Source: Clostridiales bacterium (GTDB taxonomy: Bacteria; Bacillota; Clostridia; Lachnospirales; Lachnospiraceae). Taken from it: a stretch of DNA of 64,000 bases. How positions within the stretch are numbered: the first letter of the stretch is position 1; every line of letters starts with the position of its first letter. Under the pieces are notes generated by a model. That model ran no database searches. It was not told where the DNA came from and worked only from the letters and a program-made list of their open reading frames with translations. Positions 10,377-19,187 of this stretch are shown here, piece after piece. The position numbers and the translations under genes were made by a program. The stretch is taken from assembly GCA_022778745.1 (NCBI GenBank), contig JALFSR010000015.1, positions 18,665 through 82,664 on the forward strand, read 5' to 3'.

Positions 10377-11711
10377 ATGAAAGTATTATTTATTTCTCTT
10401 GGATGTGATAAAAATCTTGTAGATACAGAAAAAATGTTAGGAATTCTGCGAGATGCAGGATATGAGTTTACAGAAGATGAGACAGAAGCAGAAGTCATTA
10501 TTGTAAATACTTGCTGTTTTATCGGTGATGCAAAAGAAGAAAGTATTAATACAATTTTAGAAATGGCACAATATAAAAAGGATGCAGTGTGTAAAGCATT
10601 AATTGTGACAGGATGTCTGGCAGAACGCTATAAAGATGAAGTGTTGAAAGAAATACCAGAAGTCGATGGTGTGCTTGGGATCGCCTCTTATGATGAAATT
10701 GCAACAGTTGTAAAAGAGGCATTAAACCATGAGCATCCGCAAGTATTTCACCCAAATAATAACATGCCGTCTGCCCGCAAGCGTATTGTTACAACAGGGG
10801 GGGATTATGCATTTTTAAAGATTGCAGAAGGCTGCGATAAACATTGCACGTATTGTATTATTCCTAAAATTCGAGGAACTTATCGAAGCGTTCCAATGGA
10901 AGAACTGATAGAAGAAGCAAGGGTATTGGCGAAAGGCGGTGTCCGCGAGTTGATTATTGTGGCACAAGAGACGACTCTGTATGGCATCGATTTATACGGT
11001 AAAAAAATGCTGCCAGAATTATTAAAACAACTTGCACAGATTGCTGGAATTTGGTGGATTCGTCTGCAGTATTGTTATCCAGAAGAGATAACGGAAGAAC
11101 TGATTCAAGTGATTAAGACAGAACCAAAAATCTGCCATTATTTAGATGTTCCAATTCAACATGCATCTGATTCTATTTTAAAGAGAATGGGCAGAAGAAC
11201 CAATCAGGCGCAGCTTCGAGCAATGATTGCACATTTGAGAGAAGAAATTCCAGATATTGCGCTGAGAACAACATTGATTGCTGGATTTCCTGGTGAAACA
11301 GAAGAAGATTTTGAGACAGTCATGCAATTTGTTGATGAAATGGAATTTGACCGTCTTGGCGTATTTCCATATTCCGCAGAGGAAGATACACCAGCTGCTT
11401 CTATGGAAAATCAGATACCGCAGGAGATAAAAGAACAGCGTCGCGATTCTATTATGGAACTGCAGCAGGAAATTGCATTTGAACACTGCGAAAATATGAT
11501 TGGCCGTACAGTTGAAGTAATAATAGAAGGAAAAGTCGCAGATGAAAATGCTTATGTAGGCAGAACTTATATGGATGCACCAAATGTAGATGGATATATT
11601 TTTGTACAGACAGCAAGTGTATTAATGTCTGGAGATTTTGCGAAAGTAGTTGTAACAGGTGCAGCAGAATACGATTTAATCGGAGAGTTAGCAGACGAAT
11701 TTACCGAATAA
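10377..11711 (+). CDS. rimO: Ribosomal protein S12 methylthiotransferase RimO
   Basis: SLGCDKNLVD, NTCCFI, radical SAM IAEGCDKHCTYC, C-terminal TRAM-like domain. Confidence 0.95.
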   Translation: MKVLFISLGCDKNLVDTEKMLGILRDAGYEFTEDETEAEVIIVNTCCFIGDAKEESINTILEMAQYKKDAVCKALIVTGCLAERYKDEVLKEIPEVDGVLGIASYDEIATVVKEALNHEHPQVFHPNNNMPSARKRIVTTGGDYAFLKIAEGCDKHCTYCIIPKIRGTYRSVPMEELIEEARVLAKGGVRELIIVAQETTLYGIDLYGKKMLPELLKQLAQIAGIWWIRLQYCYPEEITEELIQVIKTEPKICHYLDVPIQHASDSILKRMGRRTNQAQLRAMIAHLREEIPDIALRTTLIAGFPGETEEDFETVMQFVDEMEFDRLGVFPYSAEEDTPAASMENQIPQEIKEQRRDSIMELQQEIAFEHCENMIGRTVEVIIEGKVADENAYVGRTYMDAPNVDGYIFVQTASVLMSGDFAKVVVTGAAEYDLIGELADEFTE

Positions 11712-11715
11712 ATGA
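11696..11715 (+). pseudogene. Fossil 5' end of a deleted pgsA overlapping the rimO stop
   Basis: In the alternative frame, ACG AAT TTA CCG AAT AAA TGA reads (T)NLPNK*, matching the usual PgsA start MNLPNK(LT); only about 100 bp separate rimO and cinA. Confidence 0.55.
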
Positions 11716-11816
11716 ACATTGCTTTCACAAACAAGATAAAGCTTTTATTACTGCCTGAATTGTTCTTTGGGGAGCATGCAGGATTATTGTGAAAGATTAT
11801 ATTGGAGGTAAGTAAA

Positions 11817-13076
11817 ATGATAACAGAATTAATTACCGTAGGAACCGAGATATTATTAGGAAATATTGTAAATACAAATGCACAGTTTCTTGCACAAAAA
11901 TGTGCATTAATTGGTTATTCTGTATTTTATCAATCTACGGTAGGAGACAATGAAGAACGGTTGGCTGATCAGCTTAAGACAGCATTGCGCCGTTCTGATG
12001 TTGTTATTTTATCTGGAGGTCTTGGACCAACAGAAGATGATTTAACAAAAGAAACGGCTGCAAAAGTATGCAAAAAAAAGTTAATAGAAGATGAAAATAC
12101 AAAAAAAAGAATTAAAAATTACTTTGCAAGGACAAAGCGGAAACCTTCTGATAATAACTGGAAACAGGCACTTGTCCCAGAAGGTGCGATTGTAGTTGAT
12201 AATGACAATGGAACTGCTCCTGGAATTATTATGGAAATAGATGGAAAGACAATTATTTTACTGCCTGGTCCGCCAAATGAATTAATTCCGATGGTGAACA
12301 GTAAAATTGTTCCTTATTTAAAAAATAAGATGCCAAATACGATTCTATCAGCGATGGTTAAAATTTGTGGTATAGGAGAGAGCAAAGCAGAGTCGATGAT
12401 TCGAGATCTGATTGATCAGCAGACAAATCCAACAATTGCTACTTATGCAAAAACAGGAGAAGTGCATATACGAGTGACTGCAAGTGCTTCTAATGAAAAA
12501 GATGCAAAAAAGAAGATTAAACCAATTGTAGAAGAATTGAGAAAGAGATTTGGAGATGCGATTTATACAGTAAAAGAAGAAGAGACATTGGAACATGTTG
12601 TTGTGAGAAAACTGCAAAAGCAAGGACTTACAATTTGTACAGCAGAATCTTGTACAGGCGGAATGCTAAGCAGTCGTTTGATTAATGTGCCGGGAGCTTC
12701 TGATATATTAAAAATTGGACTCGTCACATATTCCAATCGGGCAAAGAGAAAATTTATTGATGTAAATCGAGATACATTAAAAAAATATGGTGCAGTGAGC
12801 AAAGAGACTGCAAAAGAGATGGCAAAAGGTGCAGTATTTAAGACGGATGCTGATGTGAGTCTTGCAGTAACTGGTATTGCAGGACCGGACGGCGGCACGA
12901 AAGAAAAACCAGTTGGAACAGTGTTTATTGGCTGTTATTATAATGAATCGGTTGTAGTAGAAGAATTTCATTTTACAGGAGACCGTAATAAGATTCGTGA
13001 ACTGACAGTAGTGAATGCATTAGATTTATTGCGCCGTCGTATGCTGGAAAATCATGAGGAAAAGAACAATGACTGA
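11817..13076 (+). CDS. cinA: Competence/damage-inducible protein CinA (with PncC domain)
   Basis: ELITVGTEILLGNIVNTNAQ, SGGLGPTEDDLT, AESCTGG, VTGIAGPDGG. Start at ATG 11817 after GGAGG. Confidence 0.95.
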   Translation: MITELITVGTEILLGNIVNTNAQFLAQKCALIGYSVFYQSTVGDNEERLADQLKTALRRSDVVILSGGLGPTEDDLTKETAAKVCKKKLIEDENTKKRIKNYFARTKRKPSDNNWKQALVPEGAIVVDNDNGTAPGIIMEIDGKTIILLPGPPNELIPMVNSKIVPYLKNKMPNTILSAMVKICGIGESKAESMIRDLIDQQTNPTIATYAKTGEVHIRVTASASNEKDAKKKIKPIVEELRKRFGDAIYTVKEEETLEHVVVRKLQKQGLTICTAESCTGGMLSSRLINVPGASDILKIGLVTYSNRAKRKFIDVNRDTLKKYGAVSKETAKEMAKGAVFKTDADVSLAVTGIAGPDGGTKEKPVGTVFIGCYYNESVVVEEFHFTGDRNKIRELTVVNALDLLRRRMLENHEEKNND

Positions 13077-14481
13077 TATTTATACAATAATGAAGCGTTT
13101 GAAGAAAGGAAAAGACATAGAAGCAAATTTATCTTCTTTTTCCAATCATATGATGAATAATGCGAATCGACTTTCTCACAGTAGATTTGCATTGAACTAT
13201 CCAACTTTTTATGAGATCTATACCGAATTAAAAGAGAGTGAAGAAGGCATCCCAGCAACGGTCGATCAAGCGGTGAATGAATTAAATCGTATCGTAAAAA
13301 AATATATTGGAACGGCATTTTCAGGAGAACAGTTAGAGCAAAGCATTGCAGATATTGAACAGCTGCGAACACAAAATATTGCAGCGATGAAATTATTAAC
13401 TGCTTATACGGATTGTTATACGATTTATGAATATGTATTAAATCGTTTGGAATATCGTTTTAAAGAGATAAAACTTGAAACTTCGGATGAAGATTTAAAG
13501 ACTGAGATTTTAAATTACTTGACAATAGATAACGATAAATCCATTCGTCAGATTAAAACGGTTAAGATGATTGAACAGCTTCCAATGCGTATGACACGAA
13601 GCAAATTTCTCCAAATTTTGCAGGATGGACTGACTGTTTATATTGGAAGTGAAAAACAATCGGTAAAGGATTTGATTTATATGCTGCGCACAGCGGCAAT
13701 GATGGAGCAGCCAGAGGGAATGCAGGAGCTTTATCCAAATCTTTATGGGATGATGATACGTTTATCTGAAGTTGATTTTAAGACATTGACAAAAGAGCAG
13801 TACGAGGTGCTTGCTAATGACTTAAAGGCAGCATCTGATTTATTAAATCATAATATTGACTTGTATATGACTTTGGAAGAACTGACAAATGACCTTTATG
13901 TTATTTTGTTGAGTACACCTTATGCAATTGTTGATTTAGACGAAAAGCAAAACTGTGAAGCAATCATTCAAGAGGTATGTGAATTGTTTGAATCAAAAGA
14001 GACAATTCCAGATGCATTGGCAGAGCGTTTTGAAAAAATAGAAGGAATTCAAGAACAATGCTCAGATGTATTTCATGCAGGCGAATCAATGATAGAGGAA
14101 TTGCAGACGTCTTATAAAAATATAATTGAAGGAATTATGCTTGATAAGATTTATTGTTCACTTGAGAGAATGAGCAAACTTCTCTCTACAAGCTTATATA
14201 TTGAATTGGAATCTTCAATTACAGATCATGTTGAAGCAGACCGAGATTATATTATGCAGACATATGCACAGTTTTCGTTGGAGTTAAAAGAGCATTTGAA
14301 AAAGCAGCAAAAGGCAGTATCACGTGCGATTATGGCAAAATTGATTACATTGCTTCCGATGTTTCTTAGAACTTATCAGGAATTGGAAACATATATCGAG
14401 GTTAGCTTGTCCTCTTGCAGTGACCAGGCAGAGAAGGCTGCCTGCATAGAACTTATAAGACAATTGATGGCAGACATCTAA
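13069..14481 (+). CDS. Hypothetical helical protein (~470 aa), start overlapping the cinA stop
   Basis: Long ORF with host-like codon usage; ATG 13069 overlaps the cinA end; no motif recognised. Confidence 0.8.
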   Translation: MTDIYTIMKRLKKGKDIEANLSSFSNHMMNNANRLSHSRFALNYPTFYEIYTELKESEEGIPATVDQAVNELNRIVKKYIGTAFSGEQLEQSIADIEQLRTQNIAAMKLLTAYTDCYTIYEYVLNRLEYRFKEIKLETSDEDLKTEILNYLTIDNDKSIRQIKTVKMIEQLPMRMTRSKFLQILQDGLTVYIGSEKQSVKDLIYMLRTAAMMEQPEGMQELYPNLYGMMIRLSEVDFKTLTKEQYEVLANDLKAASDLLNHNIDLYMTLEELTNDLYVILLSTPYAIVDLDEKQNCEAIIQEVCELFESKETIPDALAERFEKIEGIQEQCSDVFHAGESMIEELQTSYKNIIEGIMLDKIYCSLERMSKLLSTSLYIELESSITDHVEADRDYIMQTYAQFSLELKEHLKKQQKAVSRAIMAKLITLLPMFLRTYQELETYIEVSLSSCSDQAEKAACIELIRQLMADI

Positions 14482-14509
14482 CCAAATCAAGGAATGAGCA
14501 AGTAGCGAA

Positions 14510-14860
14510 GTGGATTGCGAATATCCGCTAGACAAGAAAGAATCGAGGGATAATGTGCGCTTATATAAAAATTTATTGGTCGGTGATCAGATCCGTTATA
14601 AAAAATATCAAGTAATATGGAAGCTGAAGCATAATAAAATTCAGTTAGGAGTTTATATTATTTTGTTAGCACCAGATCCACAGAATTTAATGGAAATTAT
14701 TCCAGCGTCATTATTGCGTCAATCCTATTATCAGAGACAAGAGTTATTTGTACTTGGAATTGCAGGAAGTAAAGAAGAAGCTTATGAGATTGCAAGACAA
14801 TTGATAGAAGAGGTATATCGGCACACGGGAGGAACTGCGCTGCGTGAATATATACAATGA
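14510..14860 (+). CDS. Hypothetical protein (116 aa)
   Basis: ORF in the same operon orientation with a GTG start; no family recognised. Confidence 0.7.
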   Translation: MDCEYPLDKKESRDNVRLYKNLLVGDQIRYKKYQVIWKLKHNKIQLGVYIILLAPDPQNLMEIIPASLLRQSYYQRQELFVLGIAGSKEEAYEIARQLIEEVYRHTGGTALREYIQ

Positions 14861-14871
14861 GGAGTGGATAG

Positions 14872-15849
14872 ATGCTGAATATCATAGTTTTGATATTGAA
14901 AGTAATCGGAATTGTTCTAGCGTTATTATTAATACTGCTGATGCTTGTTTTATTTGTGCCGATTCGTTATAAAGGTCAGTTAGACTATTTTGACAGTGGA
15001 AATGGATGGATCAAGCTGCACTGGCTGCTGCACAGTATTTCAGTAAAATTAATAATTGAGCAGAATCATCCCCGATTTATAATAAAAATATTTGGATTTT
15101 CCCTTCATAAGAAGAAAAAAGAGATAGATCCGATGACATCTGATTTTGCAGATATAGAAAAAATGAATAATGAGTCAGAAAATTTAGAAGAAGAAAATCA
15201 TTCTTTTGAACAGCCGAAAGAGGCATTAATCATAGATCAAGAACAATGTCTAGAACCGACGGAATTAGATCAGGAAGAGGAGAAAAAAGAAGAGCAAGCG
15301 GATAAATTGGAGAATAAAGAGACAGGTAACGAAGAAAAACGTTCTCCACTCCAAAAAATCATGCAGGCGATACAAAATTTTTGGATGAAACTATCTGATA
15401 TGCATACAAAGATTCGATCTTTTTGGCAAAATACAAAGAGAAAGATCACTGTCACTGTGAAAAAGATTACTTCTTCCAAAACAAAAATGGATGAGATCAA
15501 AGAAATTTTACTCGAGGATAACAGCAGGCAAGTATATACGTTTTTGAAAAGTCGACTTATCAGAGTAATTCGTCATATTCGTCCAAGAAAATTTCAGCTG
15601 TATTTGCATTATGGCTCGGAGGACCCAGCATTGACAGGAAAAATCACAGGATGGATGGCAGCAATGATGGTGTTTTATGAAAATGCGATTTTTTTTGAAC
15701 CAGACTTTGAAAAAGCAGTGATAGAAGGAAGTTTGAAGTTTCAGGGACGAGTTCAGATTTTTGTATTTTTATGGACGGGGATTCGTATTTTATTGAAAAA
15801 GCAAGTTCGAGTTATGATAAAAAAATTGTTGGGAAAGATAAGAAAATAG
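14872..15849 (+). CDS. DUF2953 (YtfI-like) membrane-anchored sporulation protein
   Basis: N-terminal TM LLFVPIRY, acidic linker, C-terminal YGSEDPALTG...FEPDFE; immediately before gerW. Confidence 0.8.
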   Translation: MLNIIVLILKVIGIVLALLLILLMLVLFVPIRYKGQLDYFDSGNGWIKLHWLLHSISVKLIIEQNHPRFIIKIFGFSLHKKKKEIDPMTSDFADIEKMNNESENLEEENHSFEQPKEALIIDQEQCLEPTELDQEEEKKEEQADKLENKETGNEEKRSPLQKIMQAIQNFWMKLSDMHTKIRSFWQNTKRKITVTVKKITSSKTKMDEIKEILLEDNSRQVYTFLKSRLIRVIRHIRPRKFQLYLHYGSEDPALTGKITGWMAAMMVFYENAIFFEPDFEKAVIEGSLKFQGRVQIFVFLWTGIRILLKKQVRVMIKKLLGKIRK

Positions 15850-15894
15850 TAATCATAATGCAAGTATGCAAAACAGTATAGGAGGTTTGGTGCT

Positions 15895-16323
15895 ATGAAC
15901 AATAAAGAGACAACGGGATTTAATTCTTCCATTGACTCATTGTTAAAAGGAATGGAAGGATTTGTATCTTCCAAGACAGTAGTTGGAGATGCAATTCATG
16001 TAAATGATTCCATTATTTTACCATTGGTAGATATTCAGTTCGGCGTTGGTGCAGGTGCATTTGCAAACGATAAAAAAAATAATACGGGTGGTGGTATGGG
16101 AGCAAGAATTTCCCCATCTGCAGTACTCGTTATTCAAAATGGAGTGACAAAACTTGTCAATATTAAAAACCAAGATACTGTCACAAAAATATTGGATATG
16201 GTTCCAGATGTTGTAAATCGTTTCACAAGCAAAAATCAGTATCAGCAAGATGATGCTGCAGATGAAGTGATTAAAGATATTGCAAAAGAAGGAAGTAAGA
16301 CAGAAACACCAGAAAATAAATAA
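15895..16323 (+). CDS. gerW: GerW/YtfJ family sporulation protein
   Basis: KTVVGDAI, IILPLVDIQFGVGAG, GGGMGARISPSAVLVI. Confidence 0.88.
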   Translation: MNNKETTGFNSSIDSLLKGMEGFVSSKTVVGDAIHVNDSIILPLVDIQFGVGAGAFANDKKNNTGGGMGARISPSAVLVIQNGVTKLVNIKNQDTVTKILDMVPDVVNRFTSKNQYQQDDAADEVIKDIAKEGSKTETPENK

Positions 16324-16406
16324 AATGCTTTTGTTACTCATCATAGTATGAATACAAAAAAAGCCGCATAGTATAAATCAAAGAGAATCGTCTGAGGACA
16401 GATTAT

Positions 16407-16547
16407 ATGAAAAAACTATGCGGCTTAATGATTTTCTGGACGGGTGTCGGAATGGCGTTGATGATATTTATACCAGTAAATATATGGACAGTAGGCATTA
16501 TGCTTCTTTGTCTTGGGATTGGCTATAATTGCTTTTGTAATGACTGA
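16407..16547 (+). CDS. Small membrane protein, 46 aa (below the ORF-track cutoff)
   Basis: GAGG upstream; MKKLCGLMIFWTGVGMALMIFIPVNIWTVGIMLLCLGIGYNCFCND*, two hydrophobic helices and a Cys-rich end. Confidence 0.7.
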   Translation: MKKLCGLMIFWTGVGMALMIFIPVNIWTVGIMLLCLGIGYNCFCND

Positions 16548-16561
16548 TTTTTTATTATAAA

Positions 16562-16589
16562 AAAGGCAGTGGGTCACTCCACTACCTTT
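16562..16589 (-). terminator. rpmB terminator
   Basis: AAAGG-cAGTGG/CCACT-a-CCTTT hairpin followed on the minus strand by a U-rich run. Confidence 0.6.
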
Positions 16590-16599
16590 CTGCTGTCTT

Positions 16600-16785
16600 T
16601 TAAGCTCTCTCAACTTTACCGGAACGTAAGCAAGAAGTACATACATACATCTTCTTGGCAGCTCCATTCACTTTTACTTTCACAGACTTAACATTAGACT
16701 TCCACATCTTATTGGATCTTCTATGAGAATGGCTCACATTGTTTCCGAAATGAGCGCCCTTTTCGCAGATAGCACACTTTGCCAT
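16600..16785 (-). CDS. rpmB: 50S ribosomal protein L28
   Basis: MAKCAICEKGAHFGNNVSHSHRRSNKMWKSNV...CTSCLRSGKV. Confidence 0.97.
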   Translation of the reverse strand: MAKCAICEKGAHFGNNVSHSHRRSNKMWKSNVKSVKVKVNGAAKKMYVCTSCLRSGKVERA

Positions 16786-17043
16786 AATTGCACCTCCTTA
16801 AGCATATTTAGTCTTCAAGACTTGCAACACGAATTATCATAGCAGAAATATGCCACAAATGCAAGCAGTTTTTTGCAAAAATTAAAAAAATATAAAAAAA
16901 CATAATATTTTGAAATTTAATATTCCTTTTTTTACGAAAACAGGTTATAATAAATTGTATCTATAATAGGCAGAGTGTGTATTTCATTTTTGGACGAAAT
17001 GGAATAAAATGCAGTATGCGTAAATATAATGGAGGTCATTTTA

Positions 17044-17403
17044 ATGAAAGGGCGTATTTCGAATCAATTAGGTGAGATATTAATTAATACAGATGTGATT
17101 GCTAAATATGCTGGATCTACCGCTGTGGAATGTTTCGGTATTGTTGGTATGGCAGCTATCAATGTGAGAGATGGTTTTGTTCAGTTATTAAAAAGAGATA
17201 ATCTCACAAAAGGAATTAATGTTATAGTAAAAGAGAATAATAAACTTATCATTGATTTTCATGTAATTGTCTCTTACGGTGTCAGTATTTCTGCTGTTGC
17301 AGAAAACTTATTTGACAGCGTAAAATATAAAGTGGAAGAATTTACAGGTATGGAAATTGAAAAAATCAACTTATTTGTAGAGGGAGTCCGCGTGATTGAC
17401 TAA
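17044..17403 (+). CDS. Asp23/Gls24 family protein (YloU-like)
   Basis: AVECFGIVGMA, IDFHVIVSYGVSI, INLFVEGVRV; divergent from rpmB. Confidence 0.92.
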   Translation: MKGRISNQLGEILINTDVIAKYAGSTAVECFGIVGMAAINVRDGFVQLLKRDNLTKGINVIVKENNKLIIDFHVIVSYGVSISAVAENLFDSVKYKVEEFTGMEIEKINLFVEGVRVID

Positions 17404-17426
17404 GGGGAAGATAGGAGGAACAAGTT

Positions 17427-19106
17427 GTGTCAGTTCATATGATAGATGCCGCACTTTTGAGAAAAATGTTTTTAGCAGGTGCGAAAAACCTGGAGGCAAA
17501 AAAAGAGTGGATTAATGAGTTAAATGTATTTCCAGTGCCAGACGGTGATACAGGAACTAATATGACTTTAACAATTTTATCCGCAGCAAAAGAAGTAACA
17601 GCATTGGGAGATAATCCTTCGATGGAAGATTTGGCAAAGGCAATTTCTTCTGGTTCACTTCGTGGTGCGAGAGGAAATTCAGGTGTTATTTTATCTCAAT
17701 TATTCCGTGGGTTTACAAAAGAAATAAAATATGTGGATCAAATTGATACAATGATTTTGGCAAATGCGTTAAAACGTGCTACAGAAACTGCATATAAGGC
17801 AGTTATGAAACCAAAAGAAGGTACTATTTTAACAGTTGCAAAAGGAATTTCAGATAAAGCACAGGAGTTATGCGAAGAAGAAGAAGATTTGGAACAATTT
17901 ATTCGCAAAGTAATTGAATATGGTGATTTTGTACTGAGTCGAACACCAGAAATGTTGCCAGTATTAAAACAGGCAGGCGTAGTAGACTCTGGTGGTCAAG
18001 GTTTGATGCAGGTACTTCGTGGTTCATTAGATGGATTCCTTGGCAAAGAAATCCGCGTAGATGATATTGTACCAGATCAGCCAAAGAAGCAGACAGCCGA
18101 TGCAGTTATGGAGCGCTCCAATATCGAGACAGCTGATATTAAGTTTGGATATTGTACTGAATTTATTATTATGACAGAGCGTCCATTTACCGAATATGAT
18201 GAGATGGCATTTAAATCATTTTTAGAATCCATTGGTGATTCAATTGTATGTGTTGCTGATGAAGATGTTGTTAAGATTCATGTGCATACGAATCATCCAG
18301 GACAGGCAATTGAACGTGCTTTGACTTATGGCTCATTGACAAAGATGAAGATCGATAATATGCGTGAAGAACATAATGAACGTCTGATCAAAGATGCAGA
18401 AAAAGCTGTGCAGCAGGAAAAAGAAAAGCGGGCTGCACAGCCAAGAAAACCAGTTGGATTTATTTCCGTATCCGCAGGTGCAGGGTTAACAGAAATTTTC
18501 CAAGGACTTGGAGTGGACTATTTAATTGAAGGTGGTCAGACAATGAATCCAAGTACTGAAGATGTGCTGAATGCGGTAGATCAGGTAAATGCCGATGTTA
18601 TTTATATTTTCCCAAATAATAAAAATATCATTTTGGCAGCAGAACAGGCAAAGAGTCTTGTAGAAAACAAACAATTAATTGTAATTCCAAGTAAAACAAT
18701 TCCACAGGGAATTACAGCGATGATTCATTTTGTGCCAGAAAAATCGACAGAAGAAAATACAGAAGCGATGATAAAAGAAATGCAGCGTGTAAAGACTGGT
18801 CAGATTACGTATGCAGTACGTGATACAGTAATTGATGGAGTTGAGATTCATAAAGACGATATTATGGCAGTTGGAGATCAGGGTATATTGACTGCTGGTG
18901 CTAAATTGAACGAGACTTCATTAGAAGCAGTGGAAGCGATGATAGATGAAGAATCGGAACTTATCAGTATTTATTATGGTGCGGATGCGACAGAAGAAGA
19001 AGCACAGGCATTGGCAGATCAGATTACAGAAAAATATCCAATGCTAGAAGTAGAAGTAAATGAAGGCGGACAGCCAGTTTATTATTATATTATATCAGTA
19101 GAATAA
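17427..19106 (+). CDS. fakA: DAK2-domain fatty acid kinase subunit (FakA/YloV)
   Basis: LNVFPVPDGDTGTNM, GARGNSGVILSQ, VVDSGGQG, YCTEF, GGQTMNPS, GGQPVYYYIISVE. Confidence 0.92.
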   Translation: MSVHMIDAALLRKMFLAGAKNLEAKKEWINELNVFPVPDGDTGTNMTLTILSAAKEVTALGDNPSMEDLAKAISSGSLRGARGNSGVILSQLFRGFTKEIKYVDQIDTMILANALKRATETAYKAVMKPKEGTILTVAKGISDKAQELCEEEEDLEQFIRKVIEYGDFVLSRTPEMLPVLKQAGVVDSGGQGLMQVLRGSLDGFLGKEIRVDDIVPDQPKKQTADAVMERSNIETADIKFGYCTEFIIMTERPFTEYDEMAFKSFLESIGDSIVCVADEDVVKIHVHTNHPGQAIERALTYGSLTKMKIDNMREEHNERLIKDAEKAVQQEKEKRAAQPRKPVGFISVSAGAGLTEIFQGLGVDYLIEGGQTMNPSTEDVLNAVDQVNADVIYIFPNNKNIILAAEQAKSLVENKQLIVIPSKTIPQGITAMIHFVPEKSTEENTEAMIKEMQRVKTGQITYAVRDTVIDGVEIHKDDIMAVGDQGILTAGAKLNETSLEAVEAMIDEESELISIYYGADATEEEAQALADQITEKYPMLEVEVNEGGQPVYYYIISVE

Positions 19107-19115
19107 TGACAAATC

Positions 19116-19157
19116 AAAATGCTGTTTGTTGGAGGATCATTCAAGAAACAGCATTTT
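19116..19157 (+). terminator. Terminator-like hairpin between fakA and recG
   Basis: Perfect 12-bp stem AAAATGCTGTTT/AAACAGCATTTT. Confidence 0.6.
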
Positions 19158-19187
19158 ATGTTTACAAAAAGACGTAAGGAGAACATA

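Noticed and set aside
11722-11795. TTCACAA/TTGTGAA as a Rex operator
   Set aside because: The half-sites are in the wrong order and about 56 bp apart; Rex needs TTGTGAA-N4-TTCACAA.
19119-19187. N-terminal extensions in the ORF track (recG, rqcH, hisZ, hisB, nfnA, rnfC, cmk-like, ABC ATPase and others)
   Set aside because: Downstream starts have proper SD sequences and match family N-termini; several extensions cross terminators or promoters.
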